Source: Candidatus Heimdallarchaeota archaeon
GTDB lineage: Archaea; Asgardarchaeota; Heimdallarchaeia; Hodarchaeales; Hodarchaeaceae
DNA length: 64,000 bases
Reading direction: 5' to 3'
NCBI GenBank assembly: GCA_020353515.1
Contig: CP070695.1
Location: 2,802,155 to 2,866,154, forward strand
In this document: positions 20,565-29,699 of the stretch, one piece after another
Numbering within the stretch: the stretch's first letter is position 1
Layout of the letters: each line of letters begins with the position of its first letter
Translations under genes and position numbers: made by a program
Notes under the pieces: model-generated
What the model was told of the DNA's origin: nothing
Databases searched by the model: none
What the model saw: only the letters and a program-made list of their open reading frames with translations

Positions 20565-21122
20565 ATGAAACATTATGCGATCGAAAAGATCATCGAGGTA
20601 CCTGAAAATACCACAGCTTCTCTTACTCCTGTCCGTGGAGGAAAAACTGTTCAAATTAAAGGACCTAAAGGTGAACTCGTGCGTACTTTTAAACAACTGA
20701 AAGTTCAATTATTTTTCATTGACAATAAATTTGTTATCCAAAGCTTCTTTGGTAATAAAGCGGAAGCATCCATGGTTGGAACCATAGCAGGCCATTTAAC
20801 CAACATGATAAAAGGAGTCACAGAGGGATTCACTTATAAGGTACGTGTGATTACGTCTCACTTTCCCGCTACAGTCGAAATCCAAGAGCAGGAGCAATTG
20901 ATTTACGTTAAGAATCTTTATGGAAGACGAGATCCTATAAGAATTCCATTTGATAAATCAGTCAAGATCACCGTAAAAGGAGATATGGTAACCATGACTG
21001 GAATTGACATTGAAAAGGTCTCACAGGCCGCAGCAAGGTTAGCAGAAGCTACTCGTTTACGAGGACGGCGAAGTAAGGATCCAACGGTCTTTCAAGATGG
21101 CCTTTACGTAGTATACCCTTAG
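20565..21122 (+). CDS. rpl6: 50S ribosomal protein uL6
   Basis: KGPKGEL; NMIKGVTEGF; HFP; DPTVFQDGLY. Confidence 0.96.
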   Translation: MKHYAIEKIIEVPENTTASLTPVRGGKTVQIKGPKGELVRTFKQLKVQLFFIDNKFVIQSFFGNKAEASMVGTIAGHLTNMIKGVTEGFTYKVRVITSHFPATVEIQEQEQLIYVKNLYGRRDPIRIPFDKSVKITVKGDMVTMTGIDIEKVSQAAARLAEATRLRGRRSKDPTVFQDGLYVVYP

Positions 21123-21308
21123 AATGTAAAAGATTAGGGATATACGAGCCTTTTGTATTTTTTATGAGTTAGAAGAAACCAACTTTCTTAGCTAAGTAGA
21201 TTTTCAATTAAAAAGATTAAAAAAAAGAGTTCACATCAAGAATTAAAACTTCAAATACTAAATAAATTCTTATATCTACTGAACCATTTACATCAATAGA
21301 CATCTTTT

Positions 21309-21435
21309 GGGCCTGTAGCTCAGTTTAGGGTGTAAAGGGTTTCCCCACCTCTGAAATGGTTAGAGCGTCCGGCTCATATAGCCCAATTATGCTTGAGAAA
21401 CCGGATGGTCGTGGGTTCAAATCCCCCCAGGCCCA
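21309..21435 (+). tRNA. tRNA with CAT anticodon (probably Ile2, possibly elongator Met) with two introns (21326-21356 in the D-loop; 21379-21399 at 37/38)
   Basis: GGGCCTG/CAGGCCC acceptor; BHB motifs TCAG-TT|T...CTGA-AA|T and CTCA-TA|T...TGAG-AA|A; 75 nt after splicing. The GGG acceptor start favours Ile2. Confidence 0.88.
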
Positions 21436-21450
21436 TTCCTTGTTCAAAAA

Positions 21451-21555
21451 GGCATCATAGCTCAGTTAGGTAGAGCGTCCGGCTGTTAATTTGTATCTCT
21501 TAAAGATTACGATACAGATACCGGGTGGTCGCAGGTTCAAGTCCTGCTGGTGCCG
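21451..21555 (+). tRNA. tRNA-Asn(GTT) with canonical intron 21489-21519
   Basis: GGCATCA/TGGTGCC-G acceptor; TCCGG-CTGTTA|...|A-CCGGG; BHB helix CTGT/ACAG. Confidence 0.94.
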
Positions 21556-21584
21556 TTTCTCTCTTTTTAACAATGCTTAAAGGA

Positions 21585-23444
21585 TCAATCACTTTCTCTT
21601 ATTGTGTGGTTTGACACAACAAAGTTCTCCAAAACAGGCTGAATTGACGTAAAAGGGACTCCTGTTGTAGCAATGAGACTACTGACAAGAATTATATTCA
21701 TTTGATCCAGTTCTTCTATCGAAAAATCTTTATCTGAAAGAAGGATGCTTACAAATTGTGAGGTTAGAAGGGGGAACTCTGGATCATTGAAAGGAACTTT
21801 TTTCAAGACAGTCTTAATATTTTGAATAAATGAAACCCCTAACTCAACAAATTTATTATTTAAAGGTATTTCAAAAAAATCAAAATTGTAAAGGAGTTCT
21901 TCCACCTCAACAGGAGAAGGTTCAAGATCTGATACGAAAATGGCTTCTTTTGTGATCATTTCTAGGTGAAGGGCTAGTCGTTTTTGTTTGAAAACATTAT
22001 CGCTCCGAATTAATCGTTTTACAGTCAATCTAACATCGTGATAGTATTTATCATCACATTGATCACCTAAATAATTAATGGCTTGAAGAAGCGTTAGAAT
22101 TGTTCGTCCAAAATTCTTGATGGCCGTTTGGTGGCCTTGGAAGACATCTTGTCTGAAATCTCGGGAAAGAATCATAATGGATACACGAAGTAAATTTTCA
22201 AAGAAGTGACCGAAGTGGCTATCCTTCGTTTGTTTTATTTCATCAAGAGTTTCTTCTAGCTCTGATATCTCTTCCTGATCTATTGCATATCGCTTCATAG
22301 ATGCTTCTAATTCATCAACATTCCTTTGTTGAATTCCAGCTGGATACTCTCTTTTATGAACATGAGATGCCTTTAAAATCGGAACGATTGCGAGATTTTG
22401 CCTTTCTGGATCTTTTTGCTCTTGATAAATATCTTCGATTAATTCAATAGCCTTAGATAGGTGATAAAACACAAAATCTTCCCCTAAAAGATATTCTAAT
22501 GCTAGGTTAAAGATAGCTCCGAACCATTTTACATGAAAGCTTTTCGAAAATGAAAAGCTGGTCAAAAAAATGTTCTCTATATGCCACATTTCACGAGTAA
22601 TTAGCGAAGGATTAATGTAATACTTATTGAAAATATAATGTTTAAGTTTTCGAGATGGTTCATAATCGATAGAATTTTCCTCTAAGACCATTGCGGGTAG
22701 CCAAACAGGAATGAGAGAAATCGTATAATTGAAGGCTTTCGCAAATTCATTAAGATCTTTGATCTTTATCTCTCCCTTTTGGAATGGAATTTCAAGAACG
22801 GGTGGTGTAATACCCTCTGATTCCTCTATACGAAGTTCAACACTATAGAAATCTACTAGTGGATTGCTTAAACCTCTCTTCATCATCTCCACATTGACAA
22901 AAATATCCTTGAGAGAAAATAGAGCAATTTGTGAAATTTGTTTAAGAAAAGTTATTAGTTCATCTTGATCGAAACTTTCAGGCGGCATAATAGAAGCTAA
23001 ATTAGTGAAAAAATCTAAACTAAAAACTAAGGAGCTCCGTAATCGAACCTCTAAACCACGTTGTCGTTGGATAGAATGGAGAATTTCGTGATAAATTAAT
23101 CCAATGAGTCCATTTCGATGAACAGATTTAAGCAGGGGAGATTCTTTTTCTAATTGAATGAATACAAATTCTGTATCCTTATAACCATACGAAAAAGAAG
23201 TCTGAAAAGGATCTGCAAAAAATCGTTTAAGATCATCAATCTTTTCTTGTGGTAAATCAGTTTTTGTCATATACGAAAGGACTTCAGCTTTGTTTTTAAT
23301 ATCCGAGAAAATCAATGTCAATTGTATTATTGGTTCACAGAGGGTCTTCAACATTGGAGAGGCTAGAATTTCCTCTAGATCATCCTCAATATCCTTAAAA
23401 AAATCTAATAAAACAATATTCAGAGAACTACCTGAATTTATCAT
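21585..23444 (-). CDS. Hypothetical helical protein with HExxH motif (possible Zn-metallopeptidase)
   Basis: 619-aa ORF; GLIYHEILHSIQR followed about 50 aa later by KDIFVN. Confidence 0.6.
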   Translation of the reverse strand: MINSGSSLNIVLLDFFKDIEDDLEEILASPMLKTLCEPIIQLTLIFSDIKNKAEVLSYMTKTDLPQEKIDDLKRFFADPFQTSFSYGYKDTEFVFIQLEKESPLLKSVHRNGLIGLIYHEILHSIQRQRGLEVRLRSSLVFSLDFFTNLASIMPPESFDQDELITFLKQISQIALFSLKDIFVNVEMMKRGLSNPLVDFYSVELRIEESEGITPPVLEIPFQKGEIKIKDLNEFAKAFNYTISLIPVWLPAMVLEENSIDYEPSRKLKHYIFNKYYINPSLITREMWHIENIFLTSFSFSKSFHVKWFGAIFNLALEYLLGEDFVFYHLSKAIELIEDIYQEQKDPERQNLAIVPILKASHVHKREYPAGIQQRNVDELEASMKRYAIDQEEISELEETLDEIKQTKDSHFGHFFENLLRVSIMILSRDFRQDVFQGHQTAIKNFGRTILTLLQAINYLGDQCDDKYYHDVRLTVKRLIRSDNVFKQKRLALHLEMITKEAIFVSDLEPSPVEVEELLYNFDFFEIPLNNKFVELGVSFIQNIKTVLKKVPFNDPEFPLLTSQFVSILLSDKDFSIEELDQMNIILVSSLIATTGVPFTSIQPVLENFVVSNHTIRESD

Positions 23445-23662
23445 AAGTCTTGCTTCCAGAAGATAGATTGTTGATCCAATAAGCTATAAAATGATCTTTA
23501 AAAAAGTCTCTTTCTTTCATCTTCAAACATTTTAATTGATAATAATCTTTATAAAGGGCTTATAAATATTTGAGGATATTTGATTGATAACATCTCACGA
23601 TCTATAAAAAATAGCTTTTGAAACACAGAGGGAACAAATTATCTGGGTTTAGTGAAATTTAA

Positions 23663-25204
23663 ATGGCTTATCAACGCAAAACGTGGAAAAAGTTTATGAA
23701 AACAATATTATCCCAGATTTCTGTCTATATTGAAAATTATTCCCCTTCAGATCAGATCATACTCAATGAATTCATTTCTATTCTACAAAATTACGAAGTT
23801 GATACCCAAGAAGCCCGTCGTCATCTTTTTCAACTTTTTGAGAGTTTCCAGACCAAATATCGTGACAGTGAGAAGTTATTAACTCAACCTTTCCTGTGGT
23901 TTGTTGAGAGTTATTTCACAAACGCCTCTAAATTACTGAGTGTTGCTAGTTTTCATGCGGATGATTTTTATGAATATTTCGTAAAGCAGCTCCGTGGTTA
24001 TCCAGACATAGAGGGAGTCTTTAAACTACTTCAGAAAGGAACACCATTAACAGATCTCAGATGGGAACAGCTTCAATATGCTTGTAATCGTCTTAGCGTT
24101 CCTCTCAAAAGCGAGGAACTTCATGCTCTTGAAACAGTACACAATCTATCTCTGGAAACAGGAATAAATGCTCTAGATCAAAGGTACATAAAGACTAATA
24201 TATTTAACAATGTAAAATCACCTACTCTCTTAAAAAAGATAGAAAATCTCTTTCTAAGATTAGATTCTAGATGGCTCCTTCGGTTTTATACCCCTGCATT
24301 TGACTTGGAGCTACTATTTTTTCAGTTTCAATTAAATAAATCGACTTCTTTGAGAGAAATTATTGATTTTCAAAATCCAAATAACACCACTCTATGCAAT
24401 AGTAGTGTCTATTGGATAAGGGGTTTCCGAAATATGTATTGTGGAATTTTAGTTGTACCTACAAGTTCTATTCTTTCCTTACAAAGATATTTACAAAGAT
24501 GTCACCGTCAAGGTCAAATAGTTCTCTATGAGTTGACAAAAATCATTACTTCTCGATTAAGTGTTTCATTGCTACTCTATCAGACTACTAAAGGGTGGCG
24601 TACTCCAACCCAAACAGATTGGAACAGGTTAGTTCCAATGTTAAAAACTCTGTACCCACGTAAAATGCGCATGAAACTTACATCTTTTTACTTAACACCC
24701 CCATTTAATGAGCTTAAGCTTGATCATCATGATTCCTCTCAACTAATTAGTCTTTTTTGCAAAATTCCTAGACAATTTTCATTTAAAGAATTACCATTAG
24801 GCGCAAATGAAGATCAAATACAGTTCGAACTATCTAAAGCTGATATTAAGCTATTAGAGGAAATATGTCTTCGAAAAATTGTGCAAATCAGTTTTATTTC
24901 TACAAGATTAATCTATGAGTTTTCCCTGGACAATTATTGGATAAAACTTCCCAAAATGCCTCTCAATCAACTTTCAAGGTTATTGGCTTGGATTCCTTTT
25001 TGTCGTCTTTATTTTGCAGAAAAAAATATTTTTATTTGGTCTTATTTAACTCAAGAGTTGGCCCAATGGTTAAGTACAGATCTTGAATGGACTGTTATGC
25101 GAATTATAGAAAATCATACCCCCTTAAGTTTTAGTTTTAATTGGTACACTTCCAAATCTCAACAGTGGAAAACACCTCTCATTTTAACCACCGAGAGGCA
25201 ATAA
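23663..25204 (+). CDS. ~510-aa uncharacterised protein, Lrp/AsnC-like (paralog A)
   Basis: Full-length similarity to 32072-33604 (PFLWF, PD.xGVF.LL, WEQLQ, PAF.L, NTTLCNS, LAW.P, C-terminal W..P.IL). The Lrp-like assignment is inference. Confidence 0.7.
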   Translation: MAYQRKTWKKFMKTILSQISVYIENYSPSDQIILNEFISILQNYEVDTQEARRHLFQLFESFQTKYRDSEKLLTQPFLWFVESYFTNASKLLSVASFHADDFYEYFVKQLRGYPDIEGVFKLLQKGTPLTDLRWEQLQYACNRLSVPLKSEELHALETVHNLSLETGINALDQRYIKTNIFNNVKSPTLLKKIENLFLRLDSRWLLRFYTPAFDLELLFFQFQLNKSTSLREIIDFQNPNNTTLCNSSVYWIRGFRNMYCGILVVPTSSILSLQRYLQRCHRQGQIVLYELTKIITSRLSVSLLLYQTTKGWRTPTQTDWNRLVPMLKTLYPRKMRMKLTSFYLTPPFNELKLDHHDSSQLISLFCKIPRQFSFKELPLGANEDQIQFELSKADIKLLEEICLRKIVQISFISTRLIYEFSLDNYWIKLPKMPLNQLSRLLAWIPFCRLYFAEKNIFIWSYLTQELAQWLSTDLEWTVMRIIENHTPLSFSFNWYTSKSQQWKTPLILTTERQ

Positions 25205-25296
25205 TTACTCAACTAGTGCAATTTAGGAAATGAGAGGAGAAATAAAGGAGAAAGTTTGATCCAAAAATCATGAAGCTACTTTTTAGGATCATTTTC

Positions 25297-25335
25297 CTAT
25301 TGATCTGGGCCAATGCCGCCAGGAGGAGGGGACAC
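25297..25335 (-). CDS. Candidate micro-peptide MSPPPGGIGPDQ
   Basis: GTG start 7 nt after TGAGGT; TATA-like TTATATTAAA upstream; GC-rich patch confined to the ORF; mirrors 33690-33719. Confidence 0.4.
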   Translation of the reverse strand: MSPPPGGIGPDQ

Positions 25336-25438
25336 AATTTTAACCTCATACCTCCACTCCTACAATTTAATATAATCTCCCAACTTTTTTTCCTAGATGA
25401 ATTGCAACAAGTGGAAAAAAATCCAAGATAATCTGTTT

Positions 25439-27619
25439 TTACAGATGAGTTTCAGTTGGATCAAAGACCAGATTTTGATAAGATTCACGTAATCGTTTCT
25501 GTTGAGGAATATCTTGAAGTGTAGTAATATCCATTGAGGATGATGGATCAACAGGGAAATTGTGGGTCTTCATAAGAGAAATTTGACCGTTGATTGAGAG
25601 TAAACAACGTCGCTCATCAGGGTTTGCTTTTAATAAATCACGAAATTTCTCATAGTCAGTTTTAGATATACCAAGTAAGTTAGATATGACATAAGGATCA
25701 AATTTGGTAAAGAAAACAGCCAAAACGCCTGTATTTGTTAATATAGGCTGCTCAACAATCGGATCAGTACCAATGAATATCATTGATATATCATAAGCCC
25801 GTAAGGTCCAAGGACCCTTTGCAATCATTGACTCTGGAGTCCTAGATGGGTAACTTCTAGCAGGAATGAGTTTTTGAATCTCATCGAGAACAAATATATT
25901 CTTTGGAAGGCTACCCTCCTTGAAAGGTGATCGAAAGCTTCGAACAAAATAGTAAATGTATTGCAGGATAACATCTAGAAAGATTTGTCTTCCTCTTTGG
26001 TCTTCCATTGACTCAAACGCTGAAAGGTCAATGATTCCATTCTGATCTAATAATTGGGATAATTCAAAAGTTGTTTTGTGAACAGTAAAACATCTGCCTG
26101 TATTACCAAAGAAGAGTTTTTCAATACGATTCAGAATACCTGCAGCGGTGTTATCGAGATAGGCGCCTTTCATTCCTAATTCATGGGGCATGTTAAGGCA
26201 ATTAAGAAATGTCTGAAAATCCCCCTGATCTTTCACAGTTTGAATGACCGCCAGATGAAGAAGACGACGCATTTGGGGCGAAATCGCATCTGAATCTTCA
26301 AATGTATGTTCAAGAAGAGACACAACAAATTGAATATGATCCTCTATTGGTATAATGCTGTCTCCGTGTTCATTCTTGGGAATTTGGAAGATATTTATCC
26401 CCCAAGGAAATGTAGTAGAACCAGGTTTCAAATAAATTAAATCCTTACAAAAAGATTTAATTGGAGCTAAGTATTCACCTTTGGGATCAAAAATAAGGAA
26501 TTTTACGCCCTTTAGGAGAAATTCCTTGATTAATCCATATACAAAACGACTTTTTCCCTCACCAGTCATACCAAAAACAGCCATATGTCTACTTAGATTC
26601 TTACCATCAATTAGAAGAGGAACATCTGAGGTCTTACCGCTAATAATAGGAATGCCAAGATTAATGGCTTGTAGAGGTGCTGTACTATTAATACCAGAAG
26701 ATAACATATAATCTTCTTTATTTGGGACAAGAGTGTAACCTTCATATGAGAATTGTCGTTGAGGAGGGGAAATTAGACTCATCAATGAATAACCATCTAA
26801 AATCGTAGGAGAAGTTTGTTTTCGTTTTACACAGAGATTTCTAAGGGAAGAAAATCGATGCCAAAAAGTCGGATAGATACACACTTTGAATCCATTAGAG
26901 ATTAATAGAACTGATAATCTATCAAGTTTTAATTGTAGAGCCTTTAGGCTGTTTTCTACAATTATAACTCGCGGTGAGAATTTGAAACAACCAGTTTCTT
27001 CCATAATATTTTTTCTTTGAGGATGAAAACGACGTTCTACTTTTCCTTGTTGAATATCAAATCGAACTTGAGTCAAATGATTTTCTTGTCTTTTATTTGT
27101 CTGATATTCCTTCGGAAGTTTAACAGGTTCGAAAATCAATTGTACAAACGCAAATTGGGGAGATTCTGTTAAAATTTCAAGAAAATCATCTGAAAAACCG
27201 TCAGCTGTTGTAATGGGTTGATCAATTTTATTTTCTAATCCTATTATTCCTCCACAATAGTATTTGGGACCACCTGAACCTAATTGAAACCTGGGCCGAA
27301 GCATTTTTAGTATACTTTGAATAGGAGTTTCTCCTATCTTATGGTAATCAGGATGAAGCCCAAGTTTTGTTGCAAATTGTTGGATAGTTGCGATTCCTCT
27401 TTCAATTCCTTTTTTACGGAACCACTCTTGTGGAAGAGGAATCATCTTGATCCAGACAGTTTTCGGATCAAAAATCGCATATTCTAATGAAAAAGCTTGT
27501 TTAGCATTTTGAAAAACCTTAATGCTAGATTTATCTGCTTTCAGAGGAACCTGGTCAAAATTAAAGGCAGGGATATTCTCAATCATCAGAAACACATCTT
27601 CGTAGTATCTCCCCAACAA
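25439..27619 (-). CDS. HerA/FtsK/VirB4-superfamily ATPase (DUF87) with long N-terminal extension
   Basis: RHMAVFGMTGEGKS; FDPKGEY; FVLDEIQKL. Confidence 0.85.
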   Translation of the reverse strand: MLGRYYEDVFLMIENIPAFNFDQVPLKADKSSIKVFQNAKQAFSLEYAIFDPKTVWIKMIPLPQEWFRKKGIERGIATIQQFATKLGLHPDYHKIGETPIQSILKMLRPRFQLGSGGPKYYCGGIIGLENKIDQPITTADGFSDDFLEILTESPQFAFVQLIFEPVKLPKEYQTNKRQENHLTQVRFDIQQGKVERRFHPQRKNIMEETGCFKFSPRVIIVENSLKALQLKLDRLSVLLISNGFKVCIYPTFWHRFSSLRNLCVKRKQTSPTILDGYSLMSLISPPQRQFSYEGYTLVPNKEDYMLSSGINSTAPLQAINLGIPIISGKTSDVPLLIDGKNLSRHMAVFGMTGEGKSRFVYGLIKEFLLKGVKFLIFDPKGEYLAPIKSFCKDLIYLKPGSTTFPWGINIFQIPKNEHGDSIIPIEDHIQFVVSLLEHTFEDSDAISPQMRRLLHLAVIQTVKDQGDFQTFLNCLNMPHELGMKGAYLDNTAAGILNRIEKLFFGNTGRCFTVHKTTFELSQLLDQNGIIDLSAFESMEDQRGRQIFLDVILQYIYYFVRSFRSPFKEGSLPKNIFVLDEIQKLIPARSYPSRTPESMIAKGPWTLRAYDISMIFIGTDPIVEQPILTNTGVLAVFFTKFDPYVISNLLGISKTDYEKFRDLLKANPDERRCLLSINGQISLMKTHNFPVDPSSSMDITTLQDIPQQKRLRESYQNLVFDPTETHL

Positions 27620-27674
27620 ATATTGATCTAATGTTTATTTACTCACAAAAATAAAAAAAATCTTGGAATACAGT

Positions 27675-27965
27675 TTATTCTTCACACAAATTAATATAAT
27701 TCTGACGTATTTTGTGGATATTCTCCCATGATACTTCCTCTTCTACAGGTAGTTTATTTATCAAATCCAAAATCGTCTTTAAAAGCTGATTAATAGGAAT
27801 TTTTTTCATATTTTCAATTGATTTGAATTCTATTGGCTTTATTGAATATATTTTCTTGATACTGAGGTTTTTTCGTAGATTCTTTTGTTTAGGTAACAAT
27901 AACTGGACTGAATTCAAAATTACCACGTCAATAACTTCAAAAGAAAGAAGAATATAATTACCCAA
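27675..27965 (-). CDS. Hypothetical protein or gene remnant
   Basis: 96-aa ORF with no recognisable motif; interrupted acidic coding-like sequence upstream. Confidence 0.3.
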   Translation of the reverse strand: MGNYILLSFEVIDVVILNSVQLLLPKQKNLRKNLSIKKIYSIKPIEFKSIENMKKIPINQLLKTILDLINKLPVEEEVSWENIHKIRQNYINLCEE

Positions 27966-28055
27966 AAATCACAATTCGAGTTTTGATTCTACAATTTCCT
28001 CTTCTATCTCCTCTTCAGTTTCAATTCATTTTATCTTCCATTTCATCATCCATTT

Positions 28056-29021
28056 CTACTTCATTTTTTGGATAATGAATTTGGCGAATTTCTCACTTTG
28101 TTCATAATCCATTGGATAAGGGAACATAATCTGGAAATAATCAAATCCAAGGTCAATAAGATTTTCAAATCCTTGTTGAACAACCTCTGGTGTACCAAAG
28201 AACACGTTAAGGTTATTAATGGACTTCATATATTCCGTAAGTGTTAGGCCCCTTAATTTCGCTCTTTCAGCTAAAATGGTGTCTAATTCATCCTGTGTTT
28301 CAGTAACAATAACTGATGCAAAGAATGATTTCCCGAGAGAATCATAATCACGATTTACTTTTTCGCAATGGTACTTCAAAGCATCTAACAGCTCAGGAAT
28401 GGCTTTTGGATCATTAAACCATCCGAAATTACAATAATCGGCATATTTAGCAACCATATTCAGAATTCTCTTCTTTCCCGTTCCTCCTATAAAAATTGGT
28501 GGTAAACGTTGTATAGGTTTAGGAGCTGAAAAAGCTTCTTTAATTTGGTAGTGTTTTCCATGAAAAGTTACCATAGGATCCACCCACAATTTCTTGATAA
28601 TCTGGATAGATTCTTCTAATTGATCCATACGATCTTTAACAGAGGGAAATGGTATTCCATAGGCGTTATATTCGATTTCCTTCCATCCTGCTCCGATCCC
28701 AAATTCTAATCTTCCATTCGAAATCATGTCAACAGTGGCAGCTATTTTTGCTAGGATTGCTGGATAACGATAACTATTACATGTAACAAGTGTTCCAAGA
28801 CGTAGAGTGCTAGTCTTTGCAGCTAAAGCTGCTAATAGTGTCCATGCTTCCATACAGTTTTTTTCTTCTGACTTTTGGTCTAGAAAAAAATGATCACTAG
28901 ACCAGATAGAGTAAAAACCTATTTTTTCAGCATTTAAAGCAATTTTTTCTACAGTAGCATAATCAAATCCTAGTTGAGGTTCAATTTGTATACCAAAACG
29001 AATAATCATTAATTCCACCAA
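28056..29021 (-). CDS. LLM-class F420-dependent oxidoreductase
   Basis: WSSDHF, EAWTLLAALAA, RLGTLV, GRLEFGIGAGW and PPIFIGG motifs. Confidence 0.93.
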   Translation of the reverse strand: MVELMIIRFGIQIEPQLGFDYATVEKIALNAEKIGFYSIWSSDHFFLDQKSEEKNCMEAWTLLAALAAKTSTLRLGTLVTCNSYRYPAILAKIAATVDMISNGRLEFGIGAGWKEIEYNAYGIPFPSVKDRMDQLEESIQIIKKLWVDPMVTFHGKHYQIKEAFSAPKPIQRLPPIFIGGTGKKRILNMVAKYADYCNFGWFNDPKAIPELLDALKYHCEKVNRDYDSLGKSFFASVIVTETQDELDTILAERAKLRGLTLTEYMKSINNLNVFFGTPEVVQQGFENLIDLGFDYFQIMFPYPMDYEQSEKFAKFIIQKMK

Positions 29022-29699
29022 TCCAGAGGAATATAAACAACTTATTTATCATCTTATTCTAGGTCATTCTAGTCATATTTTACAAATATTCGAATTCAAA
29101 GAATTAAAATGAATTTCATTGATCTTACTCATATTTTTGAGGATAGAATGCCAGGACTTAAACTGAAAAATGAAAATGGTTCGGATACTGTATATACAGC
29201 AAAAATCTATCCATTCTTAACACATAAAGAAATAAAACCAAGACTGCCTTACAAATGCCTTAATTCCACCATTTCATTTGTAAATTAAATTCTCTTCTCC
29301 TAACAATCCGTCATAAAACATAGAAAAACGGAACAAGATTCTATTTATCACCTAGGATAAGGAATTCTTGGAAATTTTCCCCTCCCAGGATGAATGTTAA
29401 AAACTGGGAGGGACTAGATAAAGTAGAAGTTCCACTAGGACATGTTCACAATTTTGACTATAAAAGCAAAGCTAGATAATCAGGAGTAGATGTTAAGATT
29501 ATTACTATAAAAGTGGAAAAAAATGATTAAAATTGAAAATATGGAAGAAGAAAGACTTATTTTCAATATCATCACTCCTGATACCCCAAAGCGAATTAAA
29601 AAGAAGCTTTATGATGCGATTGAAGACTTTGAAGAAAAACGATCAATTTAGAATTACTAATATTTGAATTAGTGATGTTAAACTTCTCAAAGGTACCCA

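Noticed and set aside
29148-29651. Fragmentary plus-strand ORFs between the LLM and ptrB genes
   Set aside because: They are probably a decayed gene, but no family is recognisable.
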